Positions 45,327-45,452 of a DNA stretch of 45,452 nt are shown here, in pieces (within the stretch, counting starts at the first letter, position 1; each line of letters begins with the position of its first letter). Location: positions 1-45,452 of the IMG/VR virus record IMGVR_UViG_3300034682_000426, one strand, 5' to 3'. Source of the DNA: a virus. Its lineage: Duplodnaviria; Caudoviricetes. Position numbers and translations under genes: made by a program. Under the pieces are notes generated by a model, which was not told where the DNA came from, made no database searches, and saw only the letters and a program-made list of their open reading frames with translations.

Positions 45327-45452
45327 TTATATATCCTCGACATACCACTCGTAGCGCTGAAAATCCATAAACTCTAACGCGGTACCCAGCCATCCGGAGA
45401 CGGCGGCTCTTATCAGGTCAGATGTGGATCTTTCATGTTGTACTTGAGTCAT
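45327..45452 (-). pseudogene. ydfJ: 5' fragment of host ydfJ-like MFS transporter truncated by prophage insertion
   Basis: Translates MTQVQHERSTSDLIRAAVSGWLGTALEFMDFQ then RYEWYVEDI*, matching the recalled YdfJ N-terminus up to MDFQ. Confidence 0.85.

Larger units (their letters stand above)
1..45370. mobile_element. Temperate prophage (lambdoid early region, contractile-tail morphogenesis), apparently complete
   Basis: Full gene set from integrase to tail fibre in canonical lambdoid order. Right junction lies inside a ydfJ-like host gene; the left att core probably lies just outside position 1. Confidence 0.95.

Overview
The window is an apparently complete ~45 kb temperate enterobacterial prophage, integrated into the 5' end of a ydfJ-like MFS transporter gene (the site E. 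coli Qin uses). The early region is lambdoid: int/xis; a PL operon with lambda-type N, kilR, Sak4+SSB, phage Dam, Lar and TraR; cI/cro/cII with six 15-bp operators; O with an iteron origin; a fused primase-helicase; nin genes, rusA and Q. The minus-strand late operon encodes two holin-type proteins, an M15 endolysin, Rz/Rz1, Rha, TerS/TerL, a DUF1073/DUF2213/DUF2184 head, a contractile tail and baseplate, two different receptor-binding modules and a terminal LexA-controlled two-gene cassette. The most notable signal is that terL has no convincing start of its own and lies in the -1 frame of terS, exactly at an in-frame G GGA AAG slippery heptamer. This suggests a programmed frameshift making a TerS-TerL fusion. 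Other points of interest are a twin-hairpin repeat over the RBS of an antisense small gene in the PL operon, RBS-occluding hairpins on the HNH and SOS genes, a TGCGCA array in terS, a sib-like hairpin beyond attP and a lipoprotein moron. All family assignments come from recognising motifs and gene order by eye, not from database searches.
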